A DNA stretch of 63,936 bases, filler included, from Saprolegnia diclina VS20 (taxonomy: Eukaryota): assembly GCF_000281045.1 (NCBI RefSeq). It is 6 parts of 2 records of this genome, joined end to end, with 100 filler letters (N's around TTAATTAATTAA, not from the genome) between each part and the next. Parts side by side here need not be neighbours in the genome. Positions count along the whole stretch, not along the records: positions 28,358 to 41,625 come from NW_008246114.1; positions 41,726 to 51,475 come from NW_008246115.1; 4 more parts are not named here. One strand, 5' to 3'. The notes beneath the pieces were generated by a model. It did not search any database, was not told the origin of the DNA, and saw nothing but the letters and a program-made list of their open reading frames with translations. Of the stretch, positions 36,150 to 48,494 are shown in pieces (the stretch's first letter is position 1; each line of letters begins with the position of its first letter). The position numbers were made by a program, and so were the translations under genes.

Positions 36150-36830
36150 TGGACGCGCAGTCCGCGGGACATGATGGCCACTCGTGTTAAGCGAGGAGCC
36201 AAAGGAGATCGGGCATCGAGAAGAGTAATTGTAGCCTGAGAGCGAGGTCCGCAGGACGACCAAAGGGTCCGTGACCGCGTGGAGCGTGGGCCACATGTCC
36301 TTGATGAAGTCACAGGCGACGAGGAGATGGCAAAGTCTCTTGTGAGCAGGGTAAAAGAGGCATGTGTGATCCGTCCTGTCGAGCCCGATCAGAAAGGATT
36401 GCATGGAGCACCACTTGCCGGCGGGTTGATTTCAGCTTGGGCGTCGGCTTACTTGGGTAGGATGGTGTCGGGCTGTCGGAGCTCGTGTGCGACGGCAATG
36501 CCAGCAGGTGCATCGTCGAAGGCGCCGCCGACGCTCCAGTACAGTCCCGCTTATCGAAAGGGAAGCCGGTTAATATTCCGGCACCGATAGCGGGCGTGTC
36601 GGCGGGCGTGGTCTGGGTCAACGGCTTGGTCGCGTATTGTCGTCGAATCCGCCACAGTGGCGTGGCAAGAGCCCACTGGATCACCGGCGCCAGCGCGCTC
36701 AGCTTCACACGAAGATCGAGCCAATACTTGAGCGTGAACTTGAGTCCTCGTACGGCCGTCGTCATCGGCAAAGGCGACGTTGCCCCAGGACGGCCACGCT
36801 TGGCGACGTCCATCGCGCAGTCCACATCTC
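36150..36830 (-). mobile_element. Degenerate non-LTR retrotransposon C-terminal (zf-RVT-like) fragment
   Basis: DHTCLFYPAHKRLCHLLVACDFIKDMWPTL resembles the C-x2-C...ET..H...C...W zinc knuckle of L1/Tx1 ORF2. Frameshifted. Confidence 0.5.
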
Positions 36831-36976
36831 GAGCGGGCTTGAGGCTTGGCTGTGCTGATATGGGTGCATATTTTTGTCCAATTGAAAGGCACGAATTGGA
36901 TTTGTCATGTTTGATTGGTTGTTAAATGGTCAGCGGCCAGGCTTGAATTTTGCGGCGGCGGAAGCGGCGGAGGACC

Positions 36977-39900
36977 ATGAGCGACAAGGAGGTACGTGGG
37001 AGAAGAGATGAAGAAGGAAGCGACCGACTGTGATTACATAGATGGAGCTCATAAAAGCTGCATACAAAGGTCGACTGGACGACGTGAAGCGGCTCGTGGA
37101 GAAGGAAGGCGTCAATCCCAACTTTGACAATGGTGTACGTCTCCTTCTCTATTGATAGATTTGTCGATTTGTATGAATTTGGTCGTAGGAAGCATTGTGC
37201 TATGCTGCTTGGAAAGGTCGAACGACCGTCGTCGATTACTTGCTGAAGAAGAACGTCTCGACCGAATCTCGTTGGGTACGTCGATCGATATTTCTCAATT
37301 GTCTTTTGATTGCAATTGAAAGTCAACGATCGGTAGTGTGGAGGAGATACACCTCTGATCGACGCTGCGAGAAACAATCATTTCAATCATCTCGAAATTG
37401 TGCGTCTCCTCTTGGACGCCAACGCCGATCTCAACGCCAAAGACGAAGTACGTAGTCTCTCCATCCTCCGACATGTACAACAAAAGAACGTAGGACAACA
37501 AGACAGCGCTTGATTGGGCGGTTGAATACAACTACAATGACGTGGCGCAGCTCTTGCGTGACCATCCAAAACGCAAATTTCTCAAAGACGAGGTAGATAC
37601 ATTAAGGACTCGTATAGCACCAGTCCTCACGACATGTTTGCCCAATTAGATTCTCGCGGCGCTGGAATCCACCAGTACGCAAGCCCTATTGATCATCTTG
37701 CAGGATCCCAAGATCGACGTCAACCTGCGCGACAACGTACGCGCCTCCTCGATCTCCTTCGTACGATTTCTGAAGTAGAACTACACGCCGCTTCTGCATC
37801 GGCTGGTCGATTATGGCAGCGTGGAAGTGCTCGAATGCGTTGCTCGAAGGAACGACCTCGCGATCAACGCTACGGACCGGGTTTGTCGACTAGAAACATG
37901 CAGCCACCTCTGTAACAAGACTGCACTAGGCAGATCGAACGGCGTTCATGCTCGCTGTTGCCAAGAAGGACGCCGCAGCAGTCCTCGTACTTCTCAAAGC
38001 CGGAGCGTGTACACGTTTGGTCCGCGACGACGTATTCAACGACGAAGACCTTTACATCTCTTGACTGCTAACTTTGTGTAGGGCTCTATCGATTGCACGG
38101 ACGTCTTTGGCAACCTACTACTCGAAGTCGTGACAGACGGAGATGACATTGCCGTCGACCTGCTTCTGCAAGATGGTGTCCGTCCCACGGCGACCAACGC
38201 GGTACGATCGTCTGTGATATAGCAAACGCGATTGTTGCCTCTAGGAGAGACGCACCGCATTGCATCTCGCCGTCATCAACGCAAACGAGGCTATAGTTGA
38301 CCAGCTGCTGAAGAAAATGGAATCGCTCGCCAAATACCGCGACCTCGTACGTGGACACTTTGCTTCTTCTTGATTCTCACGTCGTACCTACTATATGTAG
38401 GAAGGAAACCTACCGCTGCATTACGCTGCAGCTATCGACAACTCCATCTCCAACAAACTCGTTGCACTCGCCTCGGAGAATGACCTCAAGGCAACCAACA
38501 ACGTACGATCAACTCTCTTTGCTCGACATCTTGACCGACTCGCAATGGGTTGTATAGGAGGGTGACACGCCGCTCGCAGTCGCTGTCAAGAAAGGGTGCT
38601 CACGCGTCGTTGCGGCATTGCTCTCGAAGGAGAAAACGCTGGGCTACAACCCTCGCGTAAGCATATCGGCCTGTTGCACGCACCCGGCTTATGCAACAAA
38701 TCTAGGAGGGGGGGACGTTGCTCCACGTGGCGGCGGCCAGCGACCGCGACTGCAAGGACATTATCAAAGCACTTATTGCCGCTGGTCACAACGTGTTTGC
38801 CAAAACCACGGTACGTTTCGTCAAATGTCCACGATCTTTGAAAGCTTGTGACATAGGCGGGGTTGACGCCCTTGGCGCTGGCGAGAGCACAAAGCGCGCC
38901 GCGCGGCAACATCAAGGCGTTAGAAGTCGCCGAAGCAGCCGCGATTCAACTCCTCTTTGACGCTGTTCGCGATACCGACGTGGCGAAAATCGACGTGCTT
39001 GTCAAAAGCGGCGTTCTTGTCAACGCCCAGGACCCGGTACGTTCAACACCAATGCATGGCGCATTTTGGTATGTTTCTACAACAGGGCACGGGTCACACG
39101 GCCCTCCACATGGCGGCAGTACATCGCCAAGACAAGGTCGTCGCCCAACTCGTGGCCGCCGGAGCGACCGTCAACGTAGCGGATACAGTGGGGAACCATT
39201 TGTTTCTGCCAAGCACTGCTCACATCATTCCTTTTGTACGTAGAACGGCCAAACGGCATTGCACGCTGCCGTGGCCCTGCCCAGTTCGAATGCAGTAAAC
39301 GTTGTCACGGTCGTCAAGCGTCTGCTGCTGGAAGGTGCTGATGTCGTCGCAATGGACAACGTACGTAGCTTCACGTCCGAATCCCATGTATCTCTCATAT
39401 CACGGTGCAGAAAGGCCGTCAACCGCTGCACCTCGCTGCCATGCACGGCCTCGTCGAACTCCTGCCGCTACTTGTCGCTGCAAACATCGACGCAACTGAC
39501 AGCGTATGTACCAACGTACAGGTCGTATCATTCAAGCAACGTCATTGCACTCTAGGACTTGATGACGCCGCTGCATCATGCGGTCAAGTGCGGATCTATT
39601 GACGTTGTCAAATGCCTCGTGGCAATGGGCGCGTCGCTGTGTCTCGAAAACAAGGTAGGCCCAAAGAACATTATTCAACATGACAAGAAATGCGGAGAAT
39701 AGACGCGTAAGACGCCCCTGGCGCTGGCGAAGCTCCTACAAAGAAACAAAAAAAAAATTCTGGAGCTCCTCCAACGCCACGTGGTACGACGCACACAAGT
39801 ACACGCCACAGCTTACATCGTGTATGTAGCTCCTTGCCGCCGTGCGCGAGCGTGACATCGACGCAGTGAAAACGCTNNNNNNNNNNNNNNNNNNNNNNNN

Positions 39901-41625
39901 NNNNNNNNNNNNNNNNNNNNNNNNNNNNNNNNNNNNNNNNNNNNNNNNNNNNNNNNNNNNNNNNNNNNNNNNNNNNNNNNNNNNNNNNNNNNNNNNNNNN
40001 NNNNNNNNNNNNNNNNNNNNNNNNNNNNNNNNNNNNNNNNNNNNNNNNNNNNNNNNNNNNNNNNNNNNNNNNNNNNNNNNNNNNNNNNNNNNNNNNNNNN
40101 NNNNNNNNNNNNNNNNNNNNNNNNNNNNNNNNNNNNNNNNNNNNNNNNNNNNNNNNNNNNNNNNNNNNNNNNNNNNNNNNNNNNNNNNNNNNNNNNNNNN
40201 NNNNNNNNNNNNNNNNNNNNNNNNNNNNNNNNNNNNNNNNNNNNNNNNNNNNNNNNNNNNNNNNNNNNNNNNNNNNNNNNNNNNNNNNNNNNNNNNNNNN
40301 NNNNNNNNNNNNNNNNNNNNNNNNNNNNNNNNNNNNNNNNNNNNNNNNNNNNNNNNNNNNNNNNNNNNNNNNNNNNNNNNNNNNNNNNNNNNNNNNGTCT
40401 GTCCCACGACCACGAACGCGGTAAGTGCTATACCATCCCTGCATCGTGTCCGAGTGTCGTTGACACCTAGAACGGAGAGACGGCGCTGCATATGGCAGCT
40501 GCAAACGGAAAGCTCCAAGTTGTCAAAGCGCTTCTGAGTGTGCCGTTGCCAATGACCATCTTTGCCAAGACCACGGTGCGCTCCACTGGACCTCTCGTTG
40601 GTCAAGCGAATCGCCAATATCGATGGAAACGTAGTCGGGCAAGACGCCGTTGGGGCTCGCGAAGCAAAATCAACATGCCACGGCTGCCGAATGCTTGAAA
40701 ACGGCCAAGCTCGACGTGATCAAGCGTTTGTGGGCTGCCGTCAACAAAGGTGACGGCAATCGAGTGTGCGCGCTCCTGAAACAAGGCGTCCCCGTCAACG
40801 TTAGAAACGCGGTTCGTCCTCCATCTTGGTGTTCACCGCTGGACTTGCTGCTGTATTAGACGGGTCGCACGGCACTGCACGCAGCGGCTGCGGCAAACCA
40901 GAATGCTATTGCAGAGCTACTTGTAGCTGCCGGCGCTGAAATCGATGCCGTCGCAGTGGTATGCGTCGACGACGCACTCTACTTTAGTTGTGACCAATCT
41001 GCTACCTCGTGTAGGACGGTCGGACGCCGCTGATTGTCGCTGTCGAGTCGAATGGCGTCGACATCGCGAACCAGCTCTTGCAAGCTCGTGCCAGCGTCCA
41101 CATGCGCGTCGGGGCCGACGACAGCGCCGTGCGTCGCTGAACCTTTGGGCTTCGCTTACGTGATGCTCGGTAGGCGGCCTCGTGGCAACCACTGCATCTC
41201 GCGGCCAAGCAAGGTTACGCGAAGATCGTCGACCTGCTCTTGGCGCACAGCGCCATTGTCGATGCGGTAGAGATTGCATCACTCGACAGGAAACCAGTTT
41301 GAGATGGAGGGTAGGGGCCCACGACGCCGCTGCATCTCGCCGTCCAGTACAAGCACGTCGAGGTCGTCAAGCGTTTGCTGAAGGCCAACGCACTGCGTTC
41401 TACAGCCAGCATCGTACGCGAGCAAAGCATGGTCGACGATCTTAGGCTTCTTCTTAGACGGGTGAGACGCCCCTGGCGCTGATCAAGCTCGTGCCAAAAC
41501 CCGAAATCATGGAGCTCCTCCAACGACCCTTGGTACGACGCACACAAGTACACGCCACAGCTTACATCGTGTATGTAGCTCCTTGCCGCCGTGCGCGAGC
41601 GTGACATCGACGCAGTGAAAACGCT
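36977..41625 (+). CDS. Ankyrin-repeat protein, highly intron-rich, interrupted by a gap and 3'-partial
   Basis: ATG at 36977 (MSDKE), intron 36992-37041, then many G.T(P/A)LH-type ankyrin exons (GHTALHMAA, GQTALHAAV, TPLHLAV) separated by short GT..AG introns. Confidence 0.88.
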
Positions 41626-41725
41626 NNNNNNNNNNNNNNNNNNNNNNNNNNNNNNNNNNNNNNNNNNNNTTAATTAATTAANNNNNNNNNNNNNNNNNNN
41701 NNNNNNNNNNNNNNNNNNNNNNNNN

Positions 41726-43496
41726 CGGAAGGATGTCTCATGGGGCGCTATGGCCGTTGCCGCCGACGTACGACGAGGCGATAGCCGTAGAAGCATGACG
41801 GCGCCATGGCCTATCGCTCATGATGCGATGCGTAGGAATGTCGAAAAGGTGTACCAGACTCTTTGCGCCCAGCGGTATGGTATTTCCTCTGCACTTCCGA
41901 GCGCGAGACGTCGCCAGCCAAGATCGAAGCAACGTACGCCGCCGCGACAAAAGAGGTTTTTGGGCCAATCCTGCCCACATCCGTTGCTGCCGTAGGCATA
42001 GTATCGAAACTGTTTTGAGGCTCACATATCGCAGGCGCCGATGTTTGGCAAGCCGTCCTCCTCGCACGTCACGTTGGAGCTGATTCCGGCGCTGGCCGTC
42101 GCCCACAGCCGGCTTTCCATCGTACTACATCGACTCCATGGCGTGGATCATTGTACGATGCCCTCTTTCACCAGTTTTCACATTTTGAATAGGCCGTATA
42201 CTGCCGGAACTCATGCGCTTGTGTCTCCTCGTCAACATTACGGAAGCGCATATATACTGCATGATGCGGGTAGGGTTGTATGACCTGTATACATGTATTC
42301 GACATTTTATACCGGTACTCCTTCGTTTAGAGCTTGTTGCAACGCAGTCGCCCCAAAGATGAGTGGAAGCTACCGACTTCGCCCGCCCACGAGTTGGCTG
42401 TGATCGGTCATCTAAAGGACACGGTGGCGTGGCGTTACCCACTGCTCGCGACCGCGATGCAACGTCAAGGCGCATGGGATGACTCGTACTTTGCCGACAC
42501 AATTCACAACTTCTTCGTCCTATATGTTTCGCTGCCGGTAGGCCGGCACATGTGATGCCGCAATTAATTAAGGATAGGTCGCTCTCCAGATTGCGGACGC
42601 CTACCTCGGCGAGGGGCCCAAGGTGCGCTTTCCTCATGGTGGCATTTTATCGATTCGTATTTAGATTCACTGCCGCTTTCTTATGGCACTGCTGAAGCTC
42701 CACAAAGTGCCCATGGCGGCTGAGATAACGGCCTCAGGCGCGTACGTTAACCCTGTCATTTCAGCCTCGTGCTGAGGAAGAGATGCGTAGTGCATGGTGG
42801 GCGCTGCTGGCAACGCGCACCCGGGCGAATTCGATGGCCGAAATTTCAGCTGTCGCCTATCGAAAGTGGTATGGGTACCTCTTTCGCCGTCAGAACTTTG
42901 AGTCGCGGCTTGCGTCAACGCCGTCGGCGTACGTTGGTGTACCGACGCTTGACGAGTACGGAGCTCCACTGCCTCTTGTTGTCGATACGTCGGCGCCACC
43001 GATGCTGCTTCACGCAACACGTGACTCTATCTTGTCGACGTGGCTGCCTGCGACCGAGCAGCTGAAGCAGCTGCAACGTTGCTACTGCGCAATCCAACAC
43101 GGCCGAGGCCTCGACACGTTGTATCGCTACTGTGCCAACATCTCACCGCTAGTCGTCGTGCTCCAAGTTCTCGGCTGTGATCAAGTCATTGTTGCATACC
43201 TCTCGCACGGTGTGGGTCCGCGTGACCAGCTCTTCGGGGACAAAAGATGCTTTGTCGCATCGCTTGCTCCCGCCATGAAGTACGCGGCCACTGGAACGGG
43301 CGCCAAGTTCGTAATGTGCCAGCCGTCTCTTCTTGCCATCGGTATCGACAGCAAAAGCAGTGCCGCAGCTCTGGAGATCGATGAAGGTCTCGTGCGCGGC
43401 CGAAGTCAGGCAACTGATGTCTTTAGCAACCCCCCACTTGGCGGCGCGGAAGAATTTGACGTCGGCGACATTGAAGCGTACAAGTTTGTTCTCTAG
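41726..43496 (+). CDS. Rab-GAP TBC plus TLDc domain protein (TBC1D24-like architecture), 5'-partial, spliced
   Basis: Exons give VALQIADAYLGEGPK/IHCRFLMALLKLHK (TBC C-terminal motif). The last exon has TLDc motifs HGRGLDTLYR, FGDKRCFV, ALEIDEGL, TDVFSNPPL and FDVGDIEAY. Confidence 0.8.
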
Positions 43497-43875
43497 TGAT
43501 TTGTATCTGAGCTTAAATCGCACAAATATTTGGTTCCAAAACGTTAATGTTTTTTTTGCTGGTTGAGCGCAGGGCTGGGTAGGGTAGCATCAGTGATTAT
43601 ACAAAGTCCAATCCATATAGAGTCGAGCCACTTGCTCTTGCGTTGCAACTCTACGTCATCTTCCTCGCGACGGTAAGGCCATCGACCCTGCATCGCGTAC
43701 TGGTACATCGCAATGGAAGTGTTCGACGATAACCCAGCGTTCATGTTCTACCACACAAAAGGCGGCGATAACTTCAAAAATTGGTGGCCAACCTGGTGGC
43801 CAATCAGGGAAGAGCCTTACGGCCACTCCTTTAGCGAAAGAAAGTTTGTAAATGGTAAAATCGTAGGCATATATT

Positions 43876-46800
43876 TATGAAGACGTAGTGCACATGACTG
43901 TCCGGTCCGTCTCGTCGAGAACTTGGTCGTAAATGATGTTTTTGGTGTATGAGCGACCGTCGGCATTGGATTTGGAGTCGAGAGCCAAGATCCGGATATT
44001 GACCGACACGTGACATTGCAACATAGAGCTGCCCGATTACAAAAACGGACTCCAAAAGGTAAACGCCAATGCGAGGGACCGTCTGGCCTTGGACTTAATA
44101 GCGATCGCAAATGCGAGACAAAAAGGGAACTGTAGACGCTTGAGCTGAAACGGCAGCGTGTTGACCGTCGTTGATAAGCGTGACGCAAGTTATGAAGACG
44201 ACCTCGCCACCTTGCGCGCTGGTCAATACTCTAGTCTGAATGGATTGATCTTGAAGTGCACATCAAGACGCTTGAGTTGGAACGGCAGCGGGTTTGTGCA
44301 GACTGTCATTGACAAGCCTAATGCAAGATATGAAGGCGACCTCGCAAGAAAGCTTGCGCTCCGGTCAACATTGTATGCAGCCTTCATGCATCGATCTCGC
44401 AAAGCGCGCACCATGAGCCGAATTCCACTGCATAAGCCTCATCTTGTGCACAGGTTGCGCAAGAGCATGATTGTTGCGTTGATCCTGAGTTCGAGACGGT
44501 GAGGTTGGAAGCCGGCGATGTTGATGGAGGTGAGAAACTCAACTGGAAAGTTGATTGCTGCTTCTTCTTGCAGAAGATCGGCGTCGTCGTTCCGTGTAGC
44601 CAGTGTTGCTAATAACGCGCATGTTCGTGGATAGGTGGACGGTAGTAACGTCACCCCATGCATTGCTCCGCTTCAAGCACGCATCGACCAATTCCTGACG
44701 CGACGCATGTGGAATGACGGGCAAAGTTTGTTTGAGAAGAGAAAGGTATTGCCGCCGAGATAACGAAACAGCTCGAAGCAAATGTCTCGCAGCATCGATC
44801 GACGGCGTCAATTGCGTTGTTGTGGATCATCGAGCTCTCGTCCCAGACGAAAAAACCCGCCGCGCGTAATAGAACAGCGAGGTGGCTTTGCTTCCTCACA
44901 CCAAGAATAGTGTTGGAGTTGGCGGCCATACGAATCTTGAACTGCGAGTGGGCGGTGGTAACACCTTGGAGCGTGAGCGCTGCAAGGCCTGTAAATGCAA
45001 CAGCAATTGCGGCACGTTCGTTGGAGCGACACTATGCAAGCAGGAAGTTTGCATATTAACTTTTTCCCGAGCCACCTTCGCCACACAAAAAGAAGTGACG
45101 TCTCAGATGGCAAGGAGCATACGGCGTCAAAAACAGCGCGATGTTCCTGGTTGGCTGTAGCGAGGCTCTCTACAGTATTCCAGTAGAACATCGCGAGCGT
45201 AGGATCGCTCGATCACAATCAAACGGTTGCGCGTAGGATCGAAAACGTCAGTGTCTAAGACCTCGCGATAAGCATGGAGCCGCGGCATTGTAGGAAACCG
45301 AGGGATAAACCTAGGTAGGCGGCGTGAGTGCAAGAGAGTATCTATGTCGCATAAAGCACGGGCGACAGGTAGTCGACGGTCACCATTAGCTAGAAGCGGC
45401 GCTGCGTAGTCCTCGCAAAGAGCCTGTGAAAATTCGTCTCACAAAGCACGTGGATTGGAGGGGTTCACAAAGACTAACAGCGTGACAAAGAGTTCCCGAA
45501 GCTGACGTTGCATATGGCTCAATGAACAATCAAGCATGCAGCGACGCCACTCGTCATCAGAAGCAAGAAGACTGAGGGCCTGACACGCTTTCTTGTAAGT
45601 GGTGTGAAATATACCGCCAACGGTGCGGAGATCTGCGTAGGACCTAGTACCACGATGATAAACACGGGCGGTCGAATGTAGTATCACTCGCCTTACTTGG
45701 GAGATACGGAGTACACACTGTCAAGAGCACGGATTTCTTGCCGTGCACTAAGTGTAGTAGTGGCAGATATCGCCATAGAGCGTTCTCGGGGATACGCCAT
45801 TAGCGTCGGGAATAGTCAAGTCAAAGTGCGAAACGGCCATGGACGTCGTACGTTGGCTGCCAAGACTTGGAGCCGCAGTGTCGTCAGTAGCGTCAGGGAC
45901 AAAACTCACTGCTTGCTTGCCCTCTTCATGGACAGTAAGCCGCTTGATTATATGCGAGGACCGCATGTGTAGGACTTCCAAGACACGCACCGCAGCCCCA
46001 TAGACAGTAATGTACTGTCCCTTGCGATACCTTTTGACCTCATCGATAACGTCACCGGCATGGTACACAATAGAGTGATTTTGCAAGCGTGAATTTCATG
46101 AATGGAGCAAGTAGTCACATGTCGCATGCGCCCGTCGGATGAATTCCACCGAAAAAATGTACGATGGGACCCCCTCAATCCTGAACCGTTTTTCCGGGTC
46201 GCCACTCATTTTTTTACTTGCGCTGAGTATAGGCGAGGAGGCTCCACAGACGACGAAGAAGGCGTTTCGCTTCACCGTGGCCTCGGACGTGGATCTCCTC
46301 AAAGAAGTCATGTTTGTGAGCCCATACGATTGCCAGTACGGTCAGATCGCAAAGCGCTGGGAAGATGACGACCCTGAAGAAAGCGACAGCGCGGCAACGC
46401 CGTCCAAGAAGGTCAAGAAAGAAGGCCGCGGGGCGATCAAGGACGTGGCGTCTGTTGTCGTTGACTTTACTTCTATCATAGAGTCTTCCAACAAGCTCAA
46501 GCAAGACGAGATTTCTGCGAAGAAGGAGGAAACCGCAGTGGCCCAGCGCCGACTTGAGCTTGATGAGCAGCGGTACCTGCTTGAAAAAGTAGAGCGCGAA
46601 GCACGGTGCCAGTTGGAGCGATCGGAGCGCGAGGTCCAGCTTGAATTCATGCGAAGCACCATCGAATTAACGAAGCACCATCGAATTGATGCGCTCGCTC
46701 GGAAACAAGATTAAGCCAACTCAATCGATTCTTGTTTGGCGGGATCTCCGTAGATAACGTATCGGGTGTCGCCTACACGTAGCTTGTTTTGGAGCTTTTC

Positions 46801-47917
46801 GACTAGCTTGCTCTGTGCTAGTAAGCACGGTGCCATCAATGAAGCCGATGCAAGTTGTAAGGGGAGCACCTTGAGCATGGATAGCGGCCGAACAGTGTTG
46901 CATCCAGTCGGCGTCAAGTCGAGCTTCGTCCCACTCGAGCAAGTGATGGAAGCAGTCGTACACGTGCATCATTACGTGGTTGCTGATCGCGGACAAGGCC
47001 TCGCGGCTGCGTCCAAACGTCTCGACNNNNNNNNNNNNNNNNNNNNNNNNNNNNNNNNNNNNNNNNNNNNNNNNNNNNNNNNNNNNNNNNNNNNNNNNNN
47101 NNNNNNNNNNNNNNNNNNNNNNNNNNNNNNNNNNNNNNNNNNNNNNNNNNNNNNNNNNNNNNNNNNNNNNNNNNNNNNNNNNNNNNNNNNNNNNNNNNNN
47201 NNNNNNNNNNNNNNNNNNNNNNNNNNNNNNNNNNNNNNNNNNNNNNNNNNNNNNNNNNNNNNNNNNNNNNNNNNNNNNNNNNNNNNNNNNNNNNNNNNNN
47301 NNNNNNNNNNNNNNNNNNNNNNNNNNNNNNNNNNNNNNNNNNNNNNNNNNNNNNNNNNNNNNNNNNTGCAAAAACAATCGACGCGCGACTTTTACCCTTT
47401 GAATTTTCCAGAATTTCGAGCGCCGAACAATCATGAATTCCACGCTTGCAAAATCACTCTAATGCGATCGTGACCCTTGAGGAAATATTTGAGGTGGTAC
47501 TTGACGTAGGCACACCTCGACCTTGATGTGACAAGTGTACTTGAGAGGCAACGTAGGGTTGTAGGACACAACGTTTTGATTGCTCACGGTAGAGGTTGGG
47601 ATCCGTGCGGCGTCGGTATATGGGGTACTTGTTGTTCGCGAGTTCCGTTTCAGGGCAGAACTGCTTCGGGTAGTGAAGCTTGCAAACACCATACATCAAT
47701 GCGCGTATTGAACTTGTTTTCTGTATGAAGACGTATTGCTTATTACTGTCCGGTCCGTCTCGTCGAGAACTTGGTCGTAAATGATGTTTTTGGTGTACGA
47801 GCGACCGTCGGCATTGGATTTAGAGTCGAGAGCCAAGATCCGGATATTGACCGACACGTGACATTGCAACGTAGAGCTGCCCGATTGCAAAAACGGACTC
47901 CAAAAGGTAAACGCCAA
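43876..47917 (-). mobile_element. Degenerate Helitron Rep/Pif1 helicase coding region
   Basis: CKLHYPKQF..YPIYRRR, VVSYNPTL..KYTCHIKVEVC, KGHDR..DEVKRY, SYADLRTV..TYKKACQALSLLASDDEW, QLRELF, VWDESSM, PHRLEL..IMLLRNL, GQLYVAMSRV and TKNIIY. Many stops and frameshifts. Confidence 0.92.
46072..47460. mobile_element. PIF/Harbinger (PHIS)-type DNA transposon, internally deleted, nested in the Helitron
   Basis: TIRs AGAGTGATTTTGCAAGCGTG at 46072 and CACGCTTGCAAAATCACTCT ending at 47460. TSD AAT at 46069-71 and 47461-63. Convergent ORFs: + strand Myb/SANT-like coiled-coil ORF (RFTVASDVDLLKEV..KRWE) and - strand DDE transposase remnant (FGRS..CIGFIDGT..YVIYGDPA). Confidence 0.9.
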
Positions 47918-48293
47918 NNNNNNNNNNNNNNNNNNNNNNNNNNNNNNNNNNNNNNNNNNNNNNNNNNNNNNNNNNNNNNNNNNNNNNNNNNNNNNNNNNN
48001 NNNNNNNNNNNNNNNNNNNNNNNNNNNNNNNNNNNNNNNNNNNNNNNNNNNNNNNNNNNNNNNNNNNNNNNNNNNNNNNNNNNNNNNNNNNNNNNNNNNN
48101 NNNNNNNNNNNNNNNNNNNNNNNNNNNNNNNNNNNNNNNNNNNNNNNNNNNNNNNNNNNNNNNNNNNNNNNNNNNNNNNNNNNNNNNNNNNNNNNNNNNN
48201 NNNNNNNNNNNNNNNNNNNNNNNNNNNNNNNNNNNNNNNNNNNNNNNNNNNNNNNNNNNNNNNNNNNNNNNNNNNNNNNNNNNNNNNNNNNNN

Positions 48294-48494
48294 ACACCCA
48301 ACCTTCTACGCGTTTTTGGCCAATCAGAGCGCTAATATTCCCAGCGGCCATGCGATCTCGCTCAATCACATCGATATACGTTTTAAAGCTAGAACACTCA
48401 CACCCAACCTTCTACGCGTTTTTGGCCAATCAGAGCGCTAATATTCCCAGCGGCCATGCGATCTCGCTCAATCACATCGATATCCGTTTTAAAG
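48294..48494. repeat. Minisatellite with a 106-bp unit, about 1.9 visible copies beside a gap
   Basis: acacccaaccttctacgcg...tttaaag starts at 48294 and again at 48400. The copies are near-identical. Confidence 0.92.

Noticed and set aside
43490..43870. Helitron 3' terminus (hairpin plus CTRR)
   Set aside because: No convincing hairpin with a correctly flanked CTRR was found. The CTAG at 43493 overlaps the TLDc stop codon.
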